Shown: one piece after another, positions 44,492 through 56,124 of the stretch
Numbering within the stretch: position 1 is the stretch's first letter
How the letters are laid out: each line of letters begins with the position of its first letter
NCBI GenBank assembly: GCA_964291215.2
Contig: OZ219791.1
Span: 2,752,001 to 2,816,000, forward strand
Length of the DNA: 64,000 bases
DNA from: Alphaproteobacteria bacterium
GTDB lineage: Bacteria > Pseudomonadota > Alphaproteobacteria > MPNO01 > UBA830
Direction: 5' to 3'
Notes under the pieces: generated by a model
Told to the model about the DNA's origin: nothing
Databases searched by the model: none
What the model saw: the letters and a program-made list of their open reading frames with translations, nothing else
Made by a program: the position numbers and the translations under genes

Positions 44492-46231
44492 ATGAATGTT
44501 GATCCGGTCACACTTGCCGTCATCAAGGGGCGTCTTGAGCAGATCTCGGACGAGATGGATGCCGCGCTGTTCAGGGCTGCCTTCAGCCCGGTCATTGCCG
44601 AGGCGCGGGACGCCTCGCACGGCATCTACGAGGCAGGGACCGGAGACACGCTCATCCAGGGCAAGGAGGGCCTGCCCATCTTCGTGGGCGTCATGTCGTT
44701 TGCCGTCAAGGCAGTCATCGCGCGGGCGCAGGACGCGGGCGAGATACGCGACGGCGATCTCTGGATCTTCAACGATCCCTATGTCGGCGGTACCCACCTG
44801 TCCGACTTCAAGATCGTGCGCCCCTAATTTCCGCGACGGCCGGCTGTTCTGCTGGCTGGCGTCGGTGGCGCACTGGCACGATGTCGGCGGTGGCGTGCCC
44901 GGCAACTACAGCCCGTCCGCCACCGACTGCTTCCAGGAAGGGTTCGTGCTCCCTCCGGTCAGGCTCGCGGAGGCCAGCGTTCTGCGCGATGATATCGTGG
45001 ATGTCGTCACCGCCAACAGCCGCCTTCCCGGGAGCTCCTACGGCGATCTGATGGGCCAGTTGAATTCCCTCGATCTTGGCGCACGGCGTCTCGGGGACCT
45101 GCTCGACGAGTACGGCGACGAGACCGTCAGCCGCGTCTTCGCCGAACTCAAGCGCCGCTCGGCGCAGCAGATGCGGAGCTTGATCTCCGATCTGCCCGAT
45201 GGCGTGTATTCGGCCGAGGACTTCCTCGAAAATGATGGCATAGAGGACGAGCCCCTCCGGGTGGCGCTCGACCTGACCATCTCCGGCGACCGGCTGATCT
45301 TCGATTTCTCGCGATCGGCCGAGTCGTGTTCGGGGTCGGTGAACATCTCCGAGACGACGGCCATCGCCGCGACCTATGTCGCACTCAAGCATGTGTTCCG
45401 CAACGTGCCTGCCAATGGCGGGGTGCTCGAACCGATCACGTTCGAGATCCCGCCGGACAAGCTGCTGTCCGCGGTCGCACCGCGCCCTGTCGGCGGTTAC
45501 ACGGAAACCATCCTGGCCTGATCGACATCGTGTTCACCGCCTTCGCCGAAGCCGATCTGGAGATGGCGCCGGCCAACGGTTTTGGCACCATCAACGCGGT
45601 TTCGATCAACGGGCGCCGCCCCGGCGAAGCGCGGCCGTGGGTGTTCTTCTCGTTCTTCGGCGGCGGTCTTGGTGCGCATTCGGACGGCGACGGGCTTACG
45701 CACGGCAACGGTTCGATCTCGATGGCCACGATTCCGCCTGCGGAAATCCTTGAGGCGGCGCAGCCCGTGATGTTCACAGAGTGGGGATTGCGTCCCGATT
45801 CGGCGGGGCCGGGCCGACATCGGGGCGGCTTCGGGGCGATCTACGAGATCGAGCTGCTTGCCGACCGGGCGACCGGGTTCGTGTTCGGGGAGCGCGGGTG
45901 GTTCCCCCCGAAGGGTATCGGCGGCGGCGGCGATGGCGCCATTGATGTCGTGATCTACACCCAGGGCGGTGAGGCGCATGTACCGGCGATGACGTCGAAG
46001 GCAGTCGGCATACGGCTTGGGGCAGGGGACCGGATCCGCATCGAATCCCCGGGTGGCGGCGGGTTCGGGCCGGCCCCGGAACGGGATGCTGACGAGGTTG
46101 CTGCGGATGTCCGCGAAGGTCTCGTGAGCGTTGCCGACGCCGCGGCATTCTACGGCGTCGTCGTTGACGAGCGCGGGAATGTCGATGTTCTGGCCACCAA
46201 CTCGCGCCGTCGCGCGATGAAGGTCCCATGA
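44492..46231 (+). pseudogene. Hydantoinase B / oxoprolinase subunit with two single-base frameshifts
   Basis: NDPYVGGTHLSD, HWHDVGG, GPGRHRGG, SPGGGGFG; apparent +1 near 44825 and -1 near 45517. Confidence 0.85.
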
Positions 46232-46779
46232 CCGGGGCTTTTGCAGGCGTCGATGTCGGCGGAACCTTCACTGACGTTTTTTGGCTCGACGAGGACTACG
46301 GGCGGTATCGCGTCGCGAAGGTGCGGTCGACTCCGGACGACCAGTCGCGGGGTTTCATGCGCGGGCTCAAGGAAGCCGGCGGGATCTCGGCCCTTGCGAC
46401 GGTCGTGCACGGCACCACGGTCGGCACCAACGCGCTCCTCCAGCGCATGGGCGCGCCGACCGGGCTGATCACGACTGCGGGTTTCCGCGACGTCTTGGAA
46501 ATGCGCCGCCGCGACCGCCCAGAGATCTGGGGGCTGAGAGGCTCCTACCTGCCGATAATCCCGCGCCGCCTCCGGCGCAAGGTTGCTGAGCGCACGCTGG
46601 CCGACGGTTCGGTCCGTATCGCTGTCGATCCTGATTCGGTGCATGCGACGGCGCAGGAACTGCTCGATGCGGGCGCCGAGTCGCTCGCGATAATGTTCAT
46701 CAATTCCTACGCGAACCCGGCTAACGAGGAGGCTGCGCTTGAGGCCGCCCGCGCCGTGTGGCCGAATGACCGAATGACC
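46228..46779 (+). pseudogene. Hydantoinase A / oxoprolinase subunit truncated by IS256
   Basis: GVDVGGTFTD, HGTTVGTNALL, ITTAGFRD, NSYANPANE; ends at the IS left end. Confidence 0.88.
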
Positions 46780-48028
46780 GGTACTGTAACTTGATGTCTG
46801 GAAATTTGTCTGAGGTTTGCGCTTTGAGGCGTTTCACTGGGGGGCTAGCCCCCCCAGTGAAACGCGGCGCCATCTTGCTATCCCATGGAGTTGGAAAAAT
46901 TCATGGAGGAAGCGAATGGACCTGCGACACACTACGACGATCGGGACTGTTTTGGAACATCTGATCGCAAACGGAGCAACGGATCTGGGGCGGATCTTTG
47001 GTCAGCTCTTCGAGCTTGCGATGCAAATCGAGCGCGAGCAGCACTTGAAAGCGGGCCACCGGACACCGGAACGACAGGGCTATGCCAACGGCTATAAGCC
47101 CAAACGGATCGACACCCCCACTGTTACCGTTCAGGTGCCAAACGGTCACGGGGACGATCCCCCCCAGTCGCTTGAACGCGGCCAGCGATCTTCTCGCGCC
47201 GTAGCCGAGATGTACATCAAGGGTGTTTCCACGCGGCAGGATGTAATGCGTGAGTTCGGGAGCCTGTCCTCTTCTCAGGTCAGCCGGGCCACCAGGTTGC
47301 TCGATGAAGAACTCGCCGCGCAACCGGCCCCTGATGAAATACCTGGATGCGCGCTATGAAAAAGCTCGCCATGACGGCGTTGTGCGCGATGTCGCAGTGC
47401 TCTCGGCCATCGGAATAGGGGCTGCAGGCACGTTCTGGGGCTCTCTGTGGCGCTCTCCGAGGCCGAGGTCCATTGGAGAGCCTTCCTGGAAAGCTTGCTA
47501 GCCCTGCATGGTACGACCTTTATCGTCTCGGATGACCATGCTGGGCTGAAAGCGGCACGACGCGCGGTGCTGGGCGCGGCGATGTGGCAGCGCTGCCAGT
47601 TCCACTTGGCGCAAAACGCCGTGCACCGAACAACGACATCAGGAAACGTATTGGAAAACAGCTCGGAGCCATGCGTCCTCACTCCAAACCGCCGAGGCTG
47701 AACCGGGCGCCCTCGTGGCCAGCTATCGCGACAAGCGTTCAGGCTTCCTGGCTGGAAAACAATGCGGGGCTCGCTGTCTTCACCTTGCCCGATGCTCACC
47801 ACAAGCGTATGCGAACCTCGAACGGCATCGAGCGACCGATCCAGCAAGAGCTCAAGCGGCGCACCTCCAAAGTCAGGGTCTTTCCGAACCTCGCCTCGTT
47901 GGAGCGCCTCTCAACCGCAGTCCTCATCGACGAAAAATGGGAAACCGAAACCAAGGCATACATCAAATGGGAACAGCTCGATGACTGAGAGCTTCACGAC
48001 AATTTCCAGACATCAGGTTGCGTAATCC
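46780..48028 (+). mobile_element. IS256-family element, transposase pseudogene
   Basis: Ends GGTACTGTAACTTGATGTCTGGAAATT / AATTTCCAGACATCAGGTTGCGTAATCC; EMYIKGVSTR, SDDHAGL, WQRCQFH, RTSNGIER, VRVFPN. Confidence 0.88.
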
Positions 48029-48237
48029 CCCAGATCCGTTGCTCCGTTTGCGATCAGATGTTCCAAAACAGTCCCGATCGTCGTAGTGTGTCGCAGGTCC
48101 ATTCGCTTCCTCCATGAATTTTTCCAACTCCATGGGATAGCACGATGGCGCCGCGTTTCACTGGGGGGCTAGCCCCCCAGTGAAACGCCTCAAAGCGCAA
48201 ACCTCAGACAAATTTCCAGACATCAAGTTACAGTACC
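48029..48237 (-). repeat. Inverted copy of the first about 210 bp of the IS256 element
   Basis: Near-perfect reverse complement of 46780-46988. Confidence 0.9.
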
Positions 48238-48241
48238 AACA

Positions 48242-48481
48242 GGGGATCCTCGTCACACAGCGCATGAAGCGCTCCGGCATGCGCTGGCGCATCGTCGGCG
48301 GACAATCACCTTCCGCGCTCTGCTCGAATCCGGCCGCTTCGAGAGCGCGTGGACGGCCATGATCGGTGCAGACGATGCACCAGCCAACGACAACATCAGC
48401 CCAAATCACACCCCGGCACTGGCCGCATGAGATGAACAAATGGTACTGAGTCTGCAACCGTGCCATACGAGAGTCTCACCC
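48242..48481 (+). mobile_element. ISKra4/ISLre2-like 3'-end remnant
   Basis: LVTQRMKRSGMRW; inverted match to 21972-22200. Confidence 0.55.
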
Positions 48482-48830
48482 ACCAAGACGCCACCACCAT
48501 CACCTTGGTGATGGACAACCTTGAACACCCCCCGGCGCTCTCTACGAGGCTTGCCCGCCGGACGAGGCCAGGGCCTTGTGGGACCGCTTCGAGTTCGTCT
48601 ACACCCCCCAAGCACGGCAGTTGGCTGAACGTGGTGGAACTCAACGTCATGATCTGGCAGTGCCTGAACCGTCGCATCGACTGCATCGAGGCGCTGCGCT
48701 GGGAAGTCGCCGCTTGGCAGGCCTCTCGCGACCGCATCCAGGCCAAGGTGGATTGGCAGTTCACCACCGACGATGCCCGCGTGAAACTCAAACCTCTCTA
48801 TACGACATTTTACGAATGACATCACGCTAG
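48482..48830 (+). mobile_element. 3' remnant of a different IS630 element
   Basis: LVMDNL, TPKHGSWLN, VDWQFTTDDARVKLKPLY; ends at CTAG. Confidence 0.8.
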
Positions 48831-48959
48831 GGGCCGTCGCGCTCACCACAGATGCAGGGTGGAAGGATGCCCGTGCCGGATGGATTTCTCCCGCGCCGAA
48901 GCCCTGTTGATCGCCTCCAGCGGCAGGGAGACCTCAACGGGCTTCCTGCGGCGCTTCAT
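48827..48959 (-). pseudogene. N-terminal stub of a DUF1156-type DNA methyltransferase
   Basis: Own translation [43 protein letters not shown] (TGA where W is expected), cut by IS630; ATGA overlap with the upstream ParA-like gene. Confidence 0.8.
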
Positions 48960-49957
48960 GCCGAAAGCCCGATTTTCATCCGGATCAAATCAGCCAGCTT
49001 CTTGAAATCGTGATAGGCCTCGGAAACGGCCGCTGCATGGTTTCCGATCGCGCCGTCGGCCGCGGTAAGGTGGAAAACGGGTTTCCGGGCCTCCTGCGCC
49101 ATGGGAACCAGACTTCGATAGTGCCGGACGGTTGCAAGACAGTTCTTGTCGTTGCTCGGCTTGTCCGGAAAAGACCCGGCGTCGCAGTTCAACAAATGCC
49201 GGCGGTAGGCTTCGGGTATGCGGTTTACCCACTTGTCATAGGCCTGCACCGGCCGGCCAAGGCGTACGCCATGCTGCTGGACGACATATCCCATCGGCTT
49301 CATGCTGCCGCAGGGCAATTCAAAACCGGGCCAGGCCCAATTGTCTCGGCGTTTCGACCATTCGCTCGTCCACCTTGTCAGCGTCGGACCCAGGTTCCTC
49401 AGGCCTTGGAGAGAAAAGAGGTCTGCCCCCAGCGGCGCGATGACGTGATCGGTTGCGACGAGCGCCGAGCGGTTCAGGGCGCCCAGATTGGGGCCGACAT
49501 CCACGAGGATGATCGTCGCGTCGATGGATGCGGCGCCGCTCTGCATGGTCTGCCAGAATGCGGTGAGGATGCGGAACGGGCGGTACAGATTGGATTCGCC
49601 AAGGGCGTTGGGCCATTCGCTGGAAAGGCTGTCCTCGAAACTGGAGAGCGCCAGGTCGCCGGAAATGAGTCCGAGGGTTTCGGTGATCCGTTTCACCTGC
49701 GGTTCCTGCAAGTCTCCCACCTCCATCAACGGCTGGATGCACTGGTAGATGGTCTGGCTCTTTGCGCCGTCCTCCCACAGCGACTCGAGCGCGCGCTCGT
49801 CGAGGAAAGTTGCAGTCAGATTGGCTTGCGGATCGAGGTCGCAGGCCAGTACGCGCTCGCCGATCTCCGACAGCATCCAGGCGAGGTGATAGACTAGGGA
49901 CGTTTTGCCGACGCCTCCCTTGTTGTTGAAAAAGGTCAGGACCGGCGCGGCCATCAT
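48956..49957 (-). CDS. ParA/AAA_31-family ATPase (orphan type)
   Basis: [29 protein letters not shown]; intact. Confidence 0.88.
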   Translation of the reverse strand: MMAAPVLTFFNNKGGVGKTSLVYHLAWMLSEIGERVLACDLDPQANLTATFLDERALESLWEDGAKSQTIYQCIQPLMEVGDLQEPQVKRITETLGLISGDLALSSFEDSLSSEWPNALGESNLYRPFRILTAFWQTMQSGAASIDATIILVDVGPNLGALNRSALVATDHVIAPLGADLFSLQGLRNLGPTLTRWTSEWSKRRDNWAWPGFELPCGSMKPMGYVVQQHGVRLGRPVQAYDKWVNRIPEAYRRHLLNCDAGSFPDKPSNDKNCLATVRHYRSLVPMAQEARKPVFHLTAADGAIGNHAAAVSEAYHDFKKLADLIRMKIGLSA

Positions 49958-51177
49958 GCGGCCTCCCCAGCTTCGGGAACTGCCCGTACCGTGGCGAGCA
50001 GGTGCGTCGGCTCGACCGTGAAGTCGAGTTCCGGATGTCCGGCCTCGCGTAACAGGCGTTGCGCGGTCGGTATCCCGATCCCGAATCTCTGCACATAGCC
50101 TAACACCCGCATGGCCTCGGCCAGATTCGGATTGCGGTAGTCCGTCACTCCGGGGCGGGCGAAGTTCTCCTTAGTGACCGACCCGAAGGGTCCGCCGGGA
50201 TTCTGGATTTCGATCCTGTCGTCGAACCAAGTGACGCGGACGGGAGCGTTCGTCGTTTCGTAATCGCGGTGAATGAGCGCGTTCCGTGCGAGTTCCCGCA
50301 AGGCGGTCATGGGGTAGCTGTCCACACGGCGTTCGACATCGTGAGTGGCGATGTCGACCCGGCGAAGGTTGTGCGACCGAAGCTTGTCGTCAAGGCGCGA
50401 TAGCATTTCGGGGATTGTCCCGTCGATTCTTCTCTCGTCGATAACCGGGTCCGAAAGGTCATGCCCCCCGATGCGCAGGAACTGTATGTACCCACCCGGA
50501 ATATAGTCCAGCGGCCTCGTTCCGAGCACCAGCAAACCGAGAATCGTGGCCTGCCCGTCGTCGACGGAAGCAATCATCTTGGCCGCGGCCAAGCGTTCCT
50601 CCAGGCTGCGGTTGTTGGCCCGCAGGAGTTCCCGGTCGATCGCATTGGGCAGATACTCGTCCTCGAACTGGCGTCGATTGAGATCGGCGATGCCGGTGCC
50701 CGGCACCGGCGAAATATCGAAAGGCCGGTCTCCGTGGCGCCGCCTCTCGTTCAGTATACGCTCTTCTTGGGCCGTCGCCACAGCCCGGCGCGGACCGTTG
50801 CGAATGTGGATCGCGCCCCGGTAGCGCACCGGTGGCGAGTCGGACGGCAGGACGGTCACAACGGCGATATCGTGGCCTCGATACCGGCGCTTCTCGGATA
50901 GGATCGGCGGCGGCGGCACGATGTTCCCGTCGCTGCGCATGTCGGCCAGCGCGCGCAGCATCTCGTCGGTGATGGGGGTGCCGGTTGGGACACCGTCGTC
51001 CCCCAGCCCGACGACTGCGATGCCCGGGAGTCCTGAGCCGGGAAGATCGTTGGCGAAGGAGCAGATCGCTTCGCGAAGCCGCGTCGGCGCATTGCCTCCT
51101 AGCGTCTCCTTGAATTCGACCCGCGTGCTTTCCGCGCCCTCGATCAGGCGCGCCAATTCGTCGTCGTCCAGTCTCAT
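49954..51177 (-). CDS. Schlafen/AlbA_2 domain plus HATPase_c_4-type domain protein
   Basis: ESTRVEFKE, ICSFAND, VGLGDDG; ALRELARNALIHRDY, RIEIQNPGG, RNPNLAE, GIGI; intact. Confidence 0.85.
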   Translation of the reverse strand: MRLDDDELARLIEGAESTRVEFKETLGGNAPTRLREAICSFANDLPGSGLPGIAVVGLGDDGVPTGTPITDEMLRALADMRSDGNIVPPPPILSEKRRYRGHDIAVVTVLPSDSPPVRYRGAIHIRNGPRRAVATAQEERILNERRRHGDRPFDISPVPGTGIADLNRRQFEDEYLPNAIDRELLRANNRSLEERLAAAKMIASVDDGQATILGLLVLGTRPLDYIPGGYIQFLRIGGHDLSDPVIDERRIDGTIPEMLSRLDDKLRSHNLRRVDIATHDVERRVDSYPMTALRELARNALIHRDYETTNAPVRVTWFDDRIEIQNPGGPFGSVTKENFARPGVTDYRNPNLAEAMRVLGYVQRFGIGIPTAQRLLREAGHPELDFTVEPTHLLATVRAVPEAGEAA

Positions 51178-51540
51178 GGTCCCGCCTCCGCGGCTTTCCC
51201 GATCGCCGATACGGAGATCGTCCGCGAGACCTCCGCGAAGCCGGGCGGCGGTCCGAAAATCCGCGCCGGGTCGGGAACATAGAGCAGCCGGTGGACAAAG
51301 CCGTCTTCGACGAGCACGGCAGCGAGGATGAACGACCCTCCCGCGTTGAGCGCCGTCAGCATCTTGTTGCGCGTGACCGTGACGGCCTCTGCGTCCGCGC
51401 ACCGGCCCTTGATCTCGGTCAAGCGGAGGCCGCCGGTCTCAGGGTCGCGGCTTTCGATGTCACAACCTCGGTTCTCCGACGCAGCGTCGCGCGGCTCGTA
51501 TCCGAGGCTGCGTTCGCGTTTCATGATAGCCTCCATTGCC

Positions 51541-52734
51541 CTAGTAGTCTAACATTATTGTATTGATGGATATAGTGACTTCAGTTTCGTCCGGGCATCC
51601 TTCGTCGTGAAACGCCAGTCGACAGTGACATCGGCCGCATTGCGCCGTTCCACCCATGCTGCCGTCTCCCGCCGCATGGTGTCTCTGTCGGGAATGCGTC
51701 GCCGAAGGCACTGCCGCGACAGTGCACCGATCTCAATTTCGGCCATGTTGAGCCAGCTCCCGTGCTTCGGCGTGTAGCGAAACTCGAACCGCTTTCGCAC
51801 CCGCCTCCTCGGGCTCGAAGGCTTCATACAGCGACTGTGTGTGTTCAGATTGTCCAGCACGATCTTCCTGTCGGGGAAATGGTCGTCGGCAAGCTCCCGG
51901 ATGAAGTGCGCCCGGTTTCACAGCGGTCGGTGACTTTCACCGTGCGCCAGTTCTCGTTGGGCGCAAAGGCCAGGAAGAAGTTGGCCGTACCGTTGCGCTT
52001 ATATTCATGGTCGACCACCTCCGGCTGACCGGGGGTTTCCTTCGTCTGCTGCCGGCTGGTCTCGTACACCAGCACCTCACCCCCGGCAAAGTCCCGCTGA
52101 CAAATGTCAAGCACGTCCGCCGCCACGAACTGTGCGCTCCGGTGCGGTGGAATGCACCAGTACTGCTTCAGCCACGGCTTGAGCTCTTTTTTTAGCGTCT
52201 TCCTGACCGTCTCTTCCGAAATGCGCTCGACGATCTCCACCAGACGGCCGGCGAGCAGCGTCCACAGCCCTCGGGCGGGGACGAGCAGGGCGACCAGCTT
52301 CGCCTCCATCGCCCCGTTTCGGCCGACGGTTCACCTGCTCCTTGCGGCTGAGGGCAGCCTCCGGACCCTCCAGGACGCAGCGCAAGCGCTCGACCGTCGC
52401 CGTGCCCAGCGCAATGTCGGCATCGACAAGCGCCCCTCAGCATCAGGATTTGTGCCCGGCGCCCCCGGTGCCCGATCGCCTTCAGATCCCGGCGCTCCTG
52501 CGCTGAAAGGGTTACCCGGTAGAGCTTCCTGCCCCGAGAGTTGGCCATATGCGCCGCTCCTGTCATTGCGCCGAAGACCTGCGGGCATGCCCGTTGTCCG
52601 GACCTGCGCATGGGGCTGCGGCTGCCTGCCCGTTCGGCATCTTGCCCGTATCGACACTGTCCGGATTCCAACGGATGCCGACACAGGAATACTACCCACC
52701 AAAAACCATCAATACAATGCCGGTGGACTACTAG
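51541..52734 (-). mobile_element. IS630-family element, copy 3, inside the helicase gene
   Basis: Same ends and CTAG flanks; removing it restores ARAEIES-RAMEAIM. Confidence 0.9.
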
Positions 52735-52763
52735 ATTCGATTTCGGCGCGGGCTAGGGCGGAC

Positions 52764-53590
52764 GTGCAGCGAGTCTAGCTGCTGATCTTGCGGGTGAAAG
52801 TCCCGCAATTCTCAGTTTGGCGCCGTAGCATTGGTTCAGGGGCGACCCTGGACCAGCGAGCTGGGACGTAGGAAGCCGTCGTGGGCTGGCTGGAACTCAG
52901 TGTCCAGCCGGTTCGGTCAGCTAGGGCGGCGAGCAAACCGGAGGGCGAAAGCGAACGGGAAGCCCCGAAATTCCCCACCCACACGAAGCTGATTGTGGGA
53001 TAGACGGTGAACGCCAAGGTTGCTACCCGATGGCCAGTGTCGATGCGGAAGAACTGAGGAACACGCATCGGGTTCCCCGGGGTACAGACGGCGGCAATCC
53101 GGGACAGATCAGCAGTGAAAGACCGGAAGGTGAGGAGGACAGACAGGATGAAGCGACCCGTCAAGGACCGCGTCTATAACCGGGAAACGGGAAAGGACGC
53201 GGAGTCCACCTGACTGGCGGATGAGGTCGCCTAAGCGTTGACGGGCGGGACAACACAACCCGTCCCGAGCGAGGACCTCAGGGCTCAGGTGGCCTATGCG
53301 GCAGGTCAAGTCGGTACTCAGACCGACAGACTGCAAGGCCGAAGGACGGAGCAAACGCTCGGAGATGCCGTGGGTATGGCTGGGTCAGCCTTGACCATGG
53401 CGTGGGAAGGCTCCGCACCGAACTCCAAGTGGGTGCCTGATGCTTGAACCGGGAAAACCGGACGTACGGAATTTTAGGGGGGCTGCTGGAAACGTGGTCT
53501 ATGGCGATTCTGCGAACCCGCCCGCAATCGAAAGAGCGGTGACGGGTAAAGCCTTCGCCTAAGGATGCGCGCGCCAGTGGCCTACCCGAC
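52764..53590 (+). ncRNA. ORF-less group II intron-like RNA (827 nt), antisense to the helicase gene
   Basis: 5' GTGCAG, domain I hairpin GCGGGTGAAAGTCCCGC, partial DV CCGGGAAAACCGGACGTACGG, G-run, DVI ending CCTACCCGAC; removal restores host KEPP-SALARAEIE. Confidence 0.8.
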
Positions 53591-55519
53591 GGTGGTTCCT
53601 TCGTGCCGTCCGGGGGAGGGGGGCGTCGCCCGCCTCTTCCCGGCGGAGAAGTCTCGCGGGCACGACAAGGCCGCGCCGCAGACTTCCGGGGGCAGCGGCG
53701 CGAGGTCCCGCTGGCGCGCAATGTCGGCGAGCCGATGCTCTAGGCGATCTGCCAATGCCTCCGCTTGGCGCCTTACATTCTCCGAGTTCAGCCGGGGATG
53801 CTTGCTCGCCTTCTCTTCCGCCTCCAGATCCAGGGCGCGGTGCTGGAGATGAACGATCTCGCGGCGTATCCGCTCTCTGATCGCCGTTTCGATCCTGTCG
53901 AGTATGGCGAGGCACGGCTCTCCTGCCTCCTCCAGATGCCGGGGGGCTAGGTCGGTGACCGCAAGCGTACGTGCCCGCTCTTCCAGGGGTTCCCTGAGCC
54001 AGGGCGCGCCCAGGGTCTCGCCGATCCCGTCCTGCTCTTCCGCCGTCGGCGCGCGGCAGTCCAGATATGGTGCCGGCCCGCCGTTGTTGGCACTGCCGAC
54101 TTCGTGGAGCCAGACGAATTGCAGCCGTTTGGAGAGCGTCTGCGGCTTGCCGTCCCGTGCCGCCCGGCCATCGCGGATCGCATGGTGCAACGTGACCAGA
54201 ATGCGGGCGTCGTCATGCCGGTCGGTGTCGTCGACCAGCACACTCCGCGCGCCAGAAGCTCGCGATAGCGCTCAAGCGTCAGATCGATCAGGGCATCGAG
54301 CAGTGGATGGCCGGGCGCAACAAGTGCCGCCTGCGGCTGGCCAGGGATGTGTTTCCTGTCGAAACAGATGCGACGATAGCGGGGCAGCACCGGATCGGCG
54401 CGGCCGATCAGACGGTCCCGGTCGCGCAAGACGGGCGGAACCCGCGTGATCTCGGCCCGGCCCGTCTCGCGACGGCGCAGGATGCTGCCGGCTTCCTCAA
54501 AAGCTGCCTCGAAGAAGGGGCGGATGTGGTGGGGTTGGAGCCGCCGCGCCGCCGCCCGCTTCATCTCCTCCTGCACGCCGCGGACCGTGGCTGGGTCGAA
54601 CCCCTCCCGGGTCAGCTTGTTGTGTGCGACGAGATCGTTGATGTTGTCGACATCGACCGCGCCGTCGATCGTCTGGAACAGCCTGTCGGATATCTCCGGC
54701 CGCTCGCCGTAGCGGATGGCTTCCATGAACAGCTCGCGCAGCGGCCGGGCCTCGAACAGTTCGCCGAGCACATCGTAGATCCTGCCGCCCAGGGTTTGCC
54801 GTGTCGTCTCCAGCTTTTCCAGAAGCCGTTGGTACACCGCGCCCTCGCGCGTTTCGTTCGCCACCAGGTTCCACAGGTGGCAGACCTCGGTCTGCCCGAT
54901 CCGGTGAATGCGCGCGAAGTGCTGCTCCGGCCGGTTGGGATTCCACGGCAGGTCGTAGTTGACCATCAGGTGAGCGCCGCGTTGCAGGTTCACCCCCTCG
55001 TCGGCAGCGTCGTTGGCGAGAAGGAAGCGGACGGAGGGATCGTCGTTGAACGCGACGATGGCGGCGCGCCGCCGGTCGCGCGGGACGCTGCCGTGGATGA
55101 CGGTCACACTGTCGGGCGCGCCCGTGCGGTCGCGGATACGGTGGGCGAGATACTCCAACGTGTCGCGCGCCTCGGTGAAGACGACGATCTTGCGGCGCGC
55201 GCCCTGCCGGGGATCGTGGATTGGGGGGTCGTCGAAGATGCGGTCGAGTTCGTGCCATTTGTCATCCTCGCCAGACCGGCGGAGCGCGTTCGCCATGGCT
55301 TCGAGCCGCCGCAGCTCGGCGACCTCGGCTTCAAGTTCGGCGACCGTGCGGGCCGCCGTGGCGCGGTCGACGAGTCGGTCTTCGTGCGCCTCCAGCTCTT
55401 CGCCCGTGGCGTCTTCGAGAGCATCGTTGTCGAGCATAGCTTTCGGCACGGCCGCTTCTCCGACCTCGTGCCCGGCGCGGCCGAGCCGTTCTTCCTCCAG
55501 CCGCGCCTCGAATCGCAAC

Positions 55520-55720
55520 GTCGTGAGGATGGCGGACGGGAAGGCGCCCGACATCAGGGCGGTGGTCATCGATCTCGACGCCTCGTCGGATCGCATCTTG
55601 CCGCACGGCAATCGCTCCCGGGAACGAAGAAGGTCTGGCAGGGTCTCGAGCGGCTGCACCGGGCGATCCAGGTGCGCGACGCACTGGGCAAGAGAAGGCG
55701 GGAATGAGATACCTGTATGA
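55520..55720 (+). mobile_element. IS4-family transposase C-terminal remnant
   Basis: PDIRAVVIDL...LPGTKKVWQGLERL. Confidence 0.6.
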
Positions 55721-55724
55721 GTGT

Positions 55725-56124
55725 GGGATGTTGAAAGGCCTGTCGTGGCGGGACCGCGCAGGGAAAGGAGAAAGCCGAAGCCTGTGATGAACGGTTTGAA
55801 GAAGGGGCCCTGTGAAGGCGGCGAACAAGGGAGCTTCTGCGGAGTTGCTGGAGGAAAGGGCCTCGACCAAGGGGAATTCGGGACACAAAAGCACGCGCCG
55901 AACGCAGTGTCGGGTGCCACAGGCGGCGGACCGGATACGGAAAGCCGCAGAGGTTCGACTGGAAGCGACTGGAGCGCATGACCGAGATTCTTTGGCCGCG
56001 CGCAACAATCCGCCACCCATGGCCGGACCAGCGGTTTGCCGTCAAGCACCCGAGGGCGGATGGATTAACGTCCATGTCCGGATTTGTGCGGGGGGTGCGC
56101 AGTAATGCGCATTCCTACCGTAAC
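55725..56124 (+). ncRNA. Group II intron remnant with most of its RT ORF deleted
   Basis: RT start (QAADRIRKAA) joined to RT end (LWPRATIRHPWPDQRFAVKHPR); DV/DVI-like ATGTCCGGATTTGTGCGGGGGGTGCGCAGTAATGCGCATTCCTACCGTAAC. Confidence 0.75.

Larger units (their letters stand above)
51174..55520 (-). pseudogene. SNF2-type helicase with C-terminal DUF3883 nuclease-like domain, fragmented
   Basis: KIVVFTE, EGVNLQ, NYDLPWNPNR, RIHRIGQ; C-terminal DIESRDP...EIKGR; interrupted by IS630 and an intron, frameshifts near 54250 and 53665, 5' half missing. Confidence 0.85.

Noticed and set aside
44492-46231. Programmed frameshifting in hydantoinase B
   Set aside because: No slippery motif, stop codons follow both shifts, and the partner gene is truncated; pseudogenisation or sequencing error is simpler.
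52764-56124. Diversity-generating retroelement or retron interpretation of the RT/RNA relics
   Set aside because: No intact RT, no template/variable repeat pair and no msr-msd layout; the features fit group II introns.
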